Below, in pieces: positions 23,684 to 33,715 of a stretch of 33,715 nucleotides of DNA. Source of the stretch: Octopus bimaculoides (taxonomy: Eukaryota). The notes under the pieces are model-generated. The model was not told the origin of the DNA and ran no database searches. It saw nothing but the letters and a program-made list of their open reading frames with translations. The DNA lies in the NCBI RefSeq assembly GCF_001194135.2, contig NC_068987.1, positions 64,315,829 to 64,349,543 of the forward strand, in the 5' to 3' direction. Each line of letters opens with the position of its first letter. Positions within the stretch are counted from its first letter, which is position 1. The translations under genes were made by a program, and so were the position numbers.

Positions 23684-24379
23684 AAATGGGGAAGAAAATT
23701 AAAAAATCCGGTAACAAGTTCAACGATTTCAGGTAACAACAATCCAACAATTCAATAAATAACAGTTTAACAATAACAGTACTCACATGGACCGTATACA
23801 CTTCCAACTCAACTGACTCAAATACAACACTAATGAAAACAACGTCCTCTCAACGATTAGCCAGAGATGATGTTTACAATGAGAATATCTGAAATAAACT
23901 CGACTGCTCTCACAAATAAGAGTACTAAAAATGAACCCGACTGCTCTCAAAAATTAAGTAAAAAAAATAATAGGAAAAATAATCCAGAATCCTTGTCCTG
24001 TACCGGATAGATCCCAAAATCTAATCAGTTTGTGCCAGTCATGAGGCGAAGTATCCCTGAAAGTTCCATCCTAATCCACCCAGTGGTTCTTGAGATATCG
24101 TGTTCGCGGCAAATAAACAAGCAGGACTGAAAACAATACCTCTTCCTTCGCTGAGGAGTCAGTTTTGTCAGTGAATAGGTCGAGGTTTTAAAGCGACAAA
24201 AATATTTTGACACAAATTAAATTTAAATGTCCAAGTGAAACGAACGGTTTTTGTGTCTTCTTAAATGGCTTACAAACATCTTTCATGCTGCAATTGTTTT
24301 TTTTTTTTTTGTTTCAGCACACGATCTCAGATCAAGTCTCAGATCAAGTCACTTGCTATGCAAGTACATCTTCGTAATA

Positions 24380-24815
24380 ATAATTCAAGTACATGGCCAG
24401 AAATTTGGCGGTAAGTGGACTGGTTGATTAAGTCGACCCAGTTTTTGACCGGTGCTGTGTTTTATCGGCCCCGGAGCGGAGGATAAAAATCAGAGCTAAC
24501 CTCGGCGAAAAGTGAAATAAGAACGTGAAGATATACAAAAGTTATTATTGCCAAGCACTTTGTCCGACGCACTAACGATTGTGCTAAACCGATGCTCTCA
24601 CGATTGTGCTAAGACGACGCCCACATTATAGCAATAATAGTTGCGTTTAATTTAGGAATAAGGGGCCAGCAATTTTCAAGATAGGGCATTAATTCATACT
24701 TCGACTCCAGTATTTGATTGATACTATACTTTATTAGGCCCCGAAAACAAGAAAAGCAAAGTTCAACTCGGCGGAATTTGAACTCTGCAAAGCATTATTC
24801 CGACGCTGTAACGGC
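24380..24815 (-). mobile_element. Two degenerate SINE family A copies (24380-24590, 24650-24815)
   Basis: GGCCAG.AATTT tail, CTCGGCG.AA..TGAA B-box region, GC.CTAACGA head remnants. Confidence 0.7.
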
Positions 24816-24996
24816 TGTACTTTGGATTTCTTTACCTCACACAGCAATAAAAAACATAACACTAGAGCACAAGCACACACACACTCATTCTCACATACCT
24901 ACATGCACAAATTCACACACACGCATAGACACATACATACACTTACACATACACATGCAAATATATAAGTATATGTGTGTCTCTTTATATATGCAC

Positions 24997-25142
24997 GCAT
25001 GTGGTAAGACGTTTGCTTCTGAACCACATGGTACCGAGTTCAGTCAACTGCGTGGCACCTTGGGCAAGTGTTTTCTTCAACAGCCTCGGTTCAACCAAAG
25101 ACTTGTGAGTGAATATCGCAGACGGAAATTAAAATGAACCCC
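24997..25142 (+). mobile_element. 5' half of SINE family B followed by (TA)n
   Basis: Matches 2630-2775. Confidence 0.88.
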
Positions 25143-25240
25143 TCGAATATATATGTACATATATATATGTGTGTGTGTATACATATATATATATATATAT
25201 GCATATGTACATACGTATATGTACATACTTACATCTATAC

Positions 25241-25285
<45 letters not shown>

Positions 25286-25859
25286 TAAGTGGGCACAAGA
25301 CGTCATGAAATGTGTACAACAAAAAAATACGAAGTACGAGTACATGGGATATGAACTAGTTTTTCAAACAACGAAAAACACAAATGAAAAACAAGACAAA
25401 CAACATAAAGAACTACCCTTCATCAGTTGTGCATTCAGGACCTTTTTTTCATTTTTCTTCAGTTACCTGTCTGATATGATTTTTTTGATTTTTTTACCAT
25501 TCATGCATTGACCAGCAAATGTTCAAGTTAGGCATGTGGAACATCAAATTCTCTTCTATGGAGACACTTGTACGACTAGTGTATTAAAAAAGGGAGAACA
25601 AGCGTAATAAGTATAGGCATCTCTTGCATACGGACAGAACTACTCTAAACATTGATAAAAGGATATATCCTAGATGTATCTTATAATGTATAGTGGAAGC
25701 GTCCTTCACTCCAAATGAAAACACCAGCAGTTTTAAATCAGGTGAAACCAATCAATTCAGTTTTGACCATAGCCTATCTTACAAAAACTTGAGAAAGAGA
25801 GAGACAGCGAGAAAGAAAGAAAGAAAGAATGAGAGATAGAAGAGAGAGAGTGAGTAAGA

Positions 25860-25950
25860 GTAGTCGACCCCAGTAGGTGGCTGCTACTTTATTTATTGAC
25901 TCCGAAAGGATAAATGGTAAAGTTGACATAGGCGGGATTTGAACTCTGAC
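25860..25950 (-). mobile_element. SINE family A fragment
   Basis: GTCGACCCCAGT..CCGAAAGGAT..AAAGTTGAC..GGGATTTGAACTCTGA. Confidence 0.75.
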
Positions 25951-26735
25951 CACAGGTCGCATGATATATATATACAGAAAAATAGATAGTATTCATATCA
26001 TGAGACATGGAAATAAAAATTGGAACTCCTCAAGTTATATGATGTGCAAAGTATAATAGTAGTGAATATAAATTAGCTAAAATTCCACACGTTTATATTT
26101 GGAAGGACGCAGAATAAAGAGAAAGAGAAAATGATAGAAGTACAATAAGGATTCTTTTTTCTTTTTTTTTTTTTTGCAATATCTTGTCTGCTTGCTGACG
26201 AGGCAATGAAAATATTAAACCTTAGGGAAGAAAAAGAAAAACAATCTGCTATAAAAATAGATTTATAGAAAGATTTCATTTGTTTGTCTTTGTTTACGTT
26301 TTCGTTCTTTTGCTTTTTGCTTTTTTTCTTGCCTTTTTGCCGCTCCCTTCTTACGAAGTGACTTGCAAATGTCAAAACAAGAGAGCAGGGTGAAACATGG
26401 CGTCAGGTTTTTAAGGTAACGAACGGGTGGAAGTCATGTAGTTTAAAGTTGATTTTATTAACTGTGTATGTGTNNNNNNNNNNNNNNNNNNNNNNNNNNN
26501 NNNNNNNNNNNNNNNNNNNNNNNNNNNNNNNNNNNNNNNNNNNNNNNNNNNNNNNNNNNNNNNNNNNNNNNNNNNNNNNNNNNNNNNNNNNNNNNNNNNN
26601 NNNNNNNNNNNNNNNNNNNNNNNNNNNNNNNNNNNNNNNNNNNNNNNNNNNNNNNNNNNNNNNNNNNNNNNNNNNNNNNNNNNNNNNNNNNNNNNNNNNN
26701 NNNNNNNNNNNNNNNNNNNNNNNNNNNNNNNNGTG

Positions 26736-27140
26736 TATGTATGTATGTATATATTTTTGTTTAAACATAAATGAAAACAAACATAAATAATTAAATAAAC
26801 AATAAATATAAGAAACACTAAAAATTAATACATTGCAATGTGTACCAGTATAAATAGACAAATAAACAGATGGGTCATGAACATTGCTCTTTCCCCCCTC
26901 TCTCTCTCTCTGTATACATATATATGTACATATAATATATATGAGTGTGTGTATATGTATATATATATATGTGCGTGTGTATGTATGTATATGTGTGTGT
27001 ATGTATGTATGTATATATTTTTGTTTAAACATAAATGAAAACAAACATAAATAATTAAATAAACAATAAATATAAGAAACACTAAAAATTAATACATTGC
27101 AATGTGTAGCGGTATAAATAGACAAACAAACAGATGGGTC
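26736..27140. repeat. Direct repeat of about 140 bp with 264-bp period, next to an N-gap
   Basis: TTAAACATAAATGAAAAC.. at 26761 and 27025; about 3 mismatches. Confidence 0.9.
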
Positions 27141-27439
27141 TTGCTAAATGAATTTAACAGAAATAGGAACACGATAGGACGGTCTGTTGGCTTGACATTA
27201 TAAAAGCCTGAAAATTGTCTAATTAAAGAATAATTTCTCAACTTCGTAATTTCTACAAAGAATATTTTCGCCTACTTAATATAAGCAACGAGCTATTTAG
27301 AACTTAGAGACTTCTTTTTCTAGTTGTTGTTGTTTAACTACAGGTTGTTCCTCAAACAGACGATTTTCTGCCATACATTTTTCTTGTAACGACTATTGGA
27401 AATTTGACTTCTATTATTAGCAAGTTGAGTTGTCCACAT

Positions 27440-28265
27440 AAATGTGTCCCTGGAATTGCACCAATCTGAAGATGGTCGATGATTGATGACTTTACCTACC
27501 TGGGAAGTAACATTGCTTCACCAGACAGGTTGTCCAGGTAAGGATTGTAAACGCGAGGAATGCTCTAGACATACATAGAGTTATATAGAAGTCTTTCCTT
27601 CCTGATATCATGAAGAGGCGTTTCTGCAAAACAGTCGTAGAATCAGGACTTTTCTATGGGTTTTGAAAAGAAGCTTGATGGTACATACACAAGCTTGCTT
27701 CATGCAGTTTTCATTCTTTCGTGATAGCAACACTCTAAGAGTTAAGTAAAGTTATCTTCGTGAGTCATACCGACTCACAAGAGGCGGTTTCCCGGTTTCA
27801 TGGCTTATATATTCCTCATCTGGACGGCACCCGGTCCGAGGGAAGATTATTCATTTTTGCCAGTTGAGTGGACTGGAGCAACTTGAAATGAAGTGTTTGT
27901 CCAAGAACACAACATGTTGCCTGGTCCAGAAGCCGAAACCACATTCTTACGATCATGAGTCCAACACGCCTAACCACTAAGCAGTGACTGTATGGCAGTC
28001 TTCATACCATCACATCAGTAATCAGCGAAAGAAGACCACGTTATACAGGACACTACTGGAGAAACAAAGATGAAATATCCAGCAATCTCCCTCTCTGAAA
28101 ATCCATATATGGACATGAAAATATCGGCAGACGAAGAAGAGCATGTGTCGATCAACTCTTGGAAAACACTGGATATCGAGCTGAAGATATGAAAATTGCT
28201 AAGGAGGCTCGTGATATTTGACCTGGAAGATTTGCATCGATCCGGGCAAGTCGCCCGGACATGTA
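27440..28265 (+). mobile_element. RTE-type LINE 3' fragment interrupted by a SINE
   Basis: DDFTYLGSNIAS; KTVVESGLFYG; KKLDGTYTSLL; after the SINE, RRPRYTGHYWRNKDE..HENIGR..VDQLLENTG. Confidence 0.8.
27726..27983 (-). mobile_element. SINE family C2 (tRNA head, core, Deu/Nin-like domain)
   Basis: Head remnant GCTTAGTGGTTAGG; GTTGTGTTCTTGGACAAACACTT..TTGCTCCAGTCCACTCAACTG core shared with 28510-28854. Confidence 0.8.
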
Positions 28266-28509
28266 GATAGCATGTATATGAAATACAAAAAGAAATTAAA
28301 GAAAGAAATAAAGAAAGAATGGGTGAATGAATGAAAGGGACGGGGGAGAGAAAGATAATGAAGGAGAAATCAGAGAGAGGGGGAATAAAAGGGTATGTTA
28401 TATACGTATTTCATTGTTTGGCCAATCATATTTAAATCTAGTAAAACATGATTCACTTCGGATGTTAGAGCTGTAGTTTCAATCGTATCGTCCTGATGAA
28501 GCCTGTTTA

Positions 28510-28854
28510 AAAAGGTAATGGGTAAAGACCCCCTTCTGTCATCAATTATCATGGGATTGCACCTAGAAAGTTACCCTCCGAGTCACAAATCCAGGCAAGA
28601 TTGTTTTATGGAAGACTAGCAGTCTGTCATGTATACCAGCCTCCCCTCTTCACACCACCGATGTCATCCAAGGGAAAGGCAAATGCCGATACAGTTTGGC
28701 ACCAGTGACGTCGCAACTCATTTTTAAAGCAGAATGGACTGGAGCAACGTGAAATAAAGTGTCTTGCTCAGGAACACAACACACAGCTCGGTCCGGGAAT
28801 CGAACTGACTACCTCATGATTGTGAACCCTACGCTTGAACCACTGAGCCATGCG
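28510..28854 (-). mobile_element. SINE family C1, full length
   Basis: Clear tRNA head (CGCATGGCTCAGTGG A box, GTTCGATTCC B box), core shared with C2, different 3' body. Confidence 0.88.
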
Positions 28855-29166
28855 TTTGCATGCTAGAGTTCTATGGCAAGGGATTGGATGTAAATGCAAA
28901 ATCTTGTTACACAATGTATCTTATCACACAGGAGAAACTAACAACAATAATGCCAATTCAAGCATCTATTCAACTGTTCGACTAGAATTACTGTATAGGG
29001 ACATAGCAAGGAAATCTTTAAATTACACCCAACCATTTTAGGGCGTTTCCGGAAAAAGGGTAAGTACAGTTTTCAGATCAAAACTATTAATTTACTTTTT
29101 AAAACAGCTATGTCCTATTATGGGTACTCATAATTTTATTATTTAACAGTACTCTATATGGTCCTC

Positions 29167-29263
29167 TTTTATCTTTTACCTTTTATTTGTTTCAGTCATT
29201 CGTCTGCGGCCATGCTTGGGCACACTGCCTTGAAGGGTTTTAGTCGAACAAACCGACCCCGAG
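29167..29263 (-). mobile_element. SINE family B 3' end
   Basis: Reverse complement of 2915-3000. Confidence 0.85.
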
Positions 29264-29419
29264 AGAAAAGAACGTCGTTGATTACATGTTTCCAGCAGAA
29301 TCAATCAATTGATCTCACCATTTATGATGCAGAGATCCACAATGGAGATTAGCCGACTCACGGCAGAACAAATATGTCAAGAACTTCCTTCGCAAAGCAC
29401 CGTTTTCTTCAGTTTTTTA

Positions 29420-29619
29420 TACAAATTTCTACTGCTCCGACGGTCAATTACGATTGACTCTTCTATTGTTCGATTCGCTGTCTACAGTTGTATATTGAGA
29501 ATAGTTCCATTTAGTCAGAGAAATTAACATTTCTTCCCCACCTTTTCTCCCTTTCTCTCTCCCTTTCTCTAATTTAAAACAAATCATGGCAGGTTATTAG
29601 GTTATTTGGTGCTCATGTG

Positions 29620-29621
<2 letters not shown>
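29420..29621 (+). repeat. Local duplicate of 31341-31459 plus 32002-32053
   Basis: Block A 119 bp with 4 mismatches; block B 52 bp with 2 mismatches. Confidence 0.92.
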
Positions 29622-29667
<46 letters not shown>

Positions 29668-30373
29668 GCNNNNNNNNNNNNNNNNNNNNNNNNNNNNNNN
29701 NNNNNNNNNNNNNNNNNNNNNNNNNNNNNNNNNNNNNNNNNNNNNNNNNNNNNNNNNNNNNNNNNNNNNNNNNNNNNNNNNNNNNNNNNNNNNNNNNNNN
29801 NNNNNNNNNNNNNNNNNNNNNNNNNNNNNNNNNNNNNNNNNNNNNNNNNNNNNNNNNNNNNNNNNNNNNNNNNNNNNNNNNNNNNNNNNNNNNNNNNNNN
29901 NNNNNNNNNNNNNNNNNNNNNNNNNNNNNNNNNNNNNNNNNNNNNNNNNNNNNNNNNNNNNNNNNNNNNNNNNNNNNNNNNNNNNNNNNNNNNNNNNNNN
30001 NNNNNNNNNNNNNNNNNNNNNNNNNNNNNNNNNNNNNNNNNNNNNNNNNNNNNNNNNNNNNNNNNNNNNNNNNNNNNNNNNNNNNNNNNNNNNNNNNNNN
30101 NNNNNNNNNNNNNNNNNNNNNNNNNNNNNNNNNNNNNNNNNNNNNNNNNNNNNNNNNNNNNNNNNNNNNNNNNNNNNNNNNNNNNNNNNNNNNNNNNNNN
30201 NNNNNNNNNNNNNNNNNNNNNNNNNNNNNNNNNNNNNNNNNNNNNNNNNNNNNNNNNNNNNNNNNNNNNNNNNNNNNNNNNNNNNNNNNNNNNNNNNNNN
30301 NNNNNNNNNNNNNNNNNNNNNNNNNNNNNNNNNNNNNNNNNNNNNNNNNNNNNNNNNNNNNNNATATATATAC

Positions 30374-30422
<49 letters not shown>

Positions 30423-30834
30423 TGTACGTATGCATGTATACGTTCTGTACAAACGCACGTAGTATATAGAAGCATGTATGCATGTATGGAGATGATGAGT
30501 GTGTGGTGAAGAGGCCAATGTTTTCGCCGCCACCAATAAAACGAAGGAAGTGACAAATTGGTCATAAGATAAGCCATTCGTTGTGGGTGTGTCTCCTCTA
30601 TTAATTTCTTCACCTGCACCAATAACTGTTGATAATAACTCCTTCCTACAAAGTAGTTAAGGCCTCTTCTGTTATTAACGACGCTTTGCTCCGTCCCTCT
30701 CCCACTCCCTCTCCCTCTCCCTACACTCGCTTTTTCTCCCCCCACACACACACACTCTCTCTCTCTTTCTCCTTTTCTCTTAATCTTTGCTTCTTTCTTT
30801 CCTTCTATGAAAATCTGATTAGCTGTGTTGGTTC

Positions 30835-30835
<1 letters not shown>

Positions 30836-30872
<37 letters not shown>

Positions 30873-31060
30873 TTGTTTTTGCGTTATCCTTTTGCTGTTA
30901 CTGTCGCTTTTATGTTGGTTGCTTTAGTATATCATTACCACTACCACTAGTAATGATACTTACAGCAGCAGCAGCAGCAGTAGTAGCAGAAGAAGAAGAA
31001 GAAGAAGAAGAAGAAGAAGAAGAAGAAGAAGAAGAAGAAGAAGAAGAAGAAGAAGAAGAA
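30836..31060. repeat. (TAT)n, (CAG)n and (GAA)n microsatellites
   Basis: Seen directly. Confidence 0.95.
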
Positions 31061-31612
31061 ATTTCGGGAGCTGTTGTGTTGGTGTCGACATCACCGCCGC
31101 CATTGTCCTTGCGGTAGCCTTTTTTCCTTGCGCTGCTGTTATTGTTTGTACTGATGATTTATTGCATCGAGGGTCATGTCTGAGAGATATTACAAAAACA
31201 AAGTATAGTATATCAGGGTAGATTTACATTATAAATGAAAAACGTGCATAGACGTGCATAGAAAGCAACAAGGAACATCAATGTACAATGATATGGTGCC
31301 AATTTGAAAACAACTATCTAGGACCAATACGAAAAACCTCTACAAATTCCTATTGCTCCGACGGTCAATTACGATTGACTCTTCTATTGTTCAGTTCGCT
31401 GTCTACAGTTGTATATTGAGAATAGTTCCATTTAGTCAGAGAAATTAACATTTCTTCCCGTCTTTTAGTGAATTTATTGGAGAGAAGGATCTCGTTTGTT
31501 CCTACATCATCTTAAGTTGGTACTTGAATAGGTTAATAAATTTGATGGGTAGCAAAAATATGGTTTACAAACTTGGACATCATACGAACTTTTTTTTTTT
31601 TTGTTTCTGTAG

Positions 31613-31658
31613 CCACGAGACAGAGGAAAACCTGCTTGCCCTTCCCTTCCAAAGAAAG
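31613..31658 (+). CDS. Candidate 46-nt coding exon (HETEENLLALPFQRK in the frame compatible with the next exon)
   Basis: Long poly-T tract then GTTTCTGTAG acceptor; AAG/GTAACA donor; all three frames open. Confidence 0.5.
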
Positions 31659-31840
31659 GTAACAAAATGATATTTCATGAATTTGATTGAATGGGTATAT
31701 GGTAAAAGAAATTGGTAATATTTAGCAAGAAAAAGCAACAGAAAACAGAAAGAGGAGCAAAAGCATAAATTAGATGTTCTTCAGAAAGATTTCACATCCG
31801 AAACGCTGACCGTGAGAATGCCTTTTGACCAGTTCTCCAG

Positions 31841-31901
31841 CTCCATATACGAAATGTATCCGACGAGTTCCAGAACTACTCACTTCAATTCCGCTTAATG
31901 G
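31841..31901 (+). CDS. Candidate 61-nt coding exon (LHIRNVSDEFQNYSLQFRLM)
   Basis: TTCTCCAG acceptor, TGG/GTAAAG donor, phase-compatible with 31613-31658 across a 182-nt intron. Confidence 0.4.
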
Positions 31902-32051
31902 GTAAAGCCTTGGAGACCGTTGCACTCTGCCAAACTGAGTTACTCTAAAAACTCGGCCATGACGATTAAAACATTCAATGTTGTCCTCATTGTTTACTGT
32001 GTAATTTAAAACAAATCATGGCAGGTTATTAGGTTATTTAGTGCTCGTGTG

Positions 32052-32082
<31 letters not shown>

Positions 32083-32219
32083 CGCGTGCGCGCGTGTGTA
32101 CTCGCACGCTTGTGTGTATGTGTATGTGCATGTGTGTGTGTGTGATAAGTACTTCTGCTTCAATTCCATAAATGTGAAACTAGACAGCAAAGGTCAGTTA
32201 AACCTGGATTTTGACTTTT

Positions 32220-32350
32220 TGGTAGTGGTGGTGGTGGTGGTGGTGGTGGTGGTGGTGGTGATGGTGGTGATGATGGTGGTGGTGTCGATGATGATGAGGT
32301 GGATCAGGATGAGGATGATGATGATGACGACGACAAAGATGATGATGATT
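32220..32350. repeat. (GGT)n/(GAT)n microsatellite
   Basis: Seen directly. Confidence 0.95.
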
Positions 32351-32709
32351 TTTATTTGTCTTTCGTAGCTTAAGATTAAAGGTTTGATAATCTACCAGCG
32401 AGAGTGTGCAATGCAAATCTGTCATACATTTACTGATTGTTATTCAACCAACACTAAACCAGGATGTCAGTATGAATTTTAACTTTGCAAAGGCGTACAG
32501 GGTTCTCTCATTTAATTTAAGTGTGTTCGTTCATTAGAATTGCTGTTGGCTGCCCTTGTTGCTGTGAATAAGCTGAGCTAAAAATTATCACTCATTGGAC
32601 ACACTGTATACGAATGCTCGAAGCAGGTCTCTACCTCAATTTAAAAACCCATTGTTTTCTTTGCAAGTTCTGTGTGCATGTGTGAACAAACAGGATCTTT
32701 CAAATTGTG

Positions 32710-32975
32710 TAATGACGTCAACAGCATCTGACCAATCAAATTACAACATTACGGATTTTCGAGCGATGACGTCGCCATAGATCTTTCCTGATAGATCTGT
32801 TCTGGGGTTCACTACAAGAAACCAGATTTGAAGACAAAAGACCAAGAATGGGTTTAACTAGCAGAGTGTGTGTTAGGGACTTAATGACGTGACGAGCGAA
32901 GCTTGATGGTCGGCACATTCTTGATCATAGCAGTCTCCATTGCTACGTCAGGCAAAATGTTGTGATATAAATGGA
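32710..32975 (+). promoter_or_regulatory. Cluster of CRE-like sites with CCAAT and TATA-like motifs
   Basis: TGACGTCA 32713, CCAAT 32732, TGACGTCG 32767, TGACGTGACG 32885, TACGTCA 32944, TATAAAT 32966. Confidence 0.35.
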
Positions 32976-33393
32976 ACTGACAACACTAAAACTAGCACGC
33001 TCATCAATTTCACAGCCATAATTCTAGCATCTCATTGATCATACACTTCTCGGTTATGAACAGCATTTTTTCCATGTCACTTGGTTTCTTTCCTTAGAAC
33101 GTTAGTGTTCCTTGTAAATTCTTAACAATAAAACAAATGAAAAATTAAACTAATACATATACCACCCCACCTCCTTTTTGTTAAATGCTTAATAAACTGA
33201 TTTACTTCAGAAGCTACAACTTCCTAACACAGAAATACCAAAAACAGATAACTACCAAAATTCTGACACGGCCACAGTAATATTTTGAGTCATAGTCTTC
33301 AAAGTGTGCCTTTCAATTATCATTACAATAGCCTCTACTTTTCAGAGTTTATTCGTTGCGTATGACTTTCACTGAAGCCCATTTTATATACGT

Positions 33394-33715
33394 ACTAGCA
33401 GTATAACCCGACCTTGTCCAGGTGTGACTTATTATGCCATCTACGATAAGTCTTGCTAGCTGAAAATCAACAAAAAAAGAAAGCCTTACAACGAAAAAAC
33501 CCTTATGATGTAAATATGTTCATAATTCAAAAGACGATGAAATTAATAGGGAAAGTCTGAAGGCTGTTTTGCGTAAAATTATTAAGCATACGTAAATTTC
33601 ATCCGTGTAATTGGCTATAGAAATGCTTGTGCAAAACAACTTTTTGCGCTGCCCTGATTATACATAGCAGGGTAATCCCTTTTCACAGGAGCTAGGATGG
33701 CAATTTGTGATGAAG
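33394..33715 (+). mobile_element. Possible Helitron/Helentron-type non-autonomous element end, running off the window
   Basis: ACTAGCAGTATAACCCGACCTTGTCCAGG resembles ACTAG..CCCGGCGTTGCCCGGG termini (from recall); no second copy in the window. Confidence 0.35.

Larger units (their letters stand above)
21714..23839 (-). mobile_element. ORF1-only non-LTR retroelement (HAL1-like architecture) with 9-bp TSD
   Basis: CAACGTCCT at 21705-21713 and 23840-23848; 5' UTR, decayed ORF1, short 3' UTR, no endonuclease or RT sequence. Confidence 0.75.
21662..24170 (-). mobile_element. Helentron-type non-autonomous element (HINE-like), split into 21662-21713 and 23840-24170
   Basis: End AACAAGAGCACTCAGAGAGCGCAAACCTCCGCCAAGG; other end ACCTCTTCCTTCGCTGAGG; short internal tandem CGACTGCTCTCA; halves rejoin at duplicated CAACGTCCT. 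Family assignment from recall. Confidence 0.6.

Noticed and set aside
24290-24370. Poly-T acceptor TTTGTTTCAG and 12-bp tandem TCTCAGATCAAG
   Set aside because: No matching donor or convincing frame; the region is probably another repeat, which I cannot show from this window.
31784-31901. Alternative acceptor TTCTTCAG giving a longer exon
   Set aside because: All three frames hit a stop before the donor.

Overview
AT-rich, microsatellite-dense eukaryotic DNA from a gapped short-read scaffold (10 N-gaps, nearly all abutting simple repeats). The repeat complement suggests an octopus or related coleoid genome (inference from recognised repeat types, not a database search). No complete intact gene is visible and most of the ORF track is simple-repeat or N-gap artefact. 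The window is mainly decayed mobile DNA: about 20 tRNA-derived SINE copies of at least 3 families, two Penelope-like element (PLE) fragments with degenerate hammerhead-like motifs, an RTE-type LINE 3' fragment, three Tc1/mariner remnants, Helentron-type non-autonomous elements and a 550-bp unit found three times next to (AAT)n. A few short candidate host exons and two candidate regulatory regions are present. The most notable items are (1) a TSD-bounded 2.1-kb retroelement that encodes only a zinc-knuckle ORF1 and shares its 3' terminus with the local SINE family, and (2) a tRNA-headed, hammerhead-like, PLE-linked insertion with a 5' inversion.
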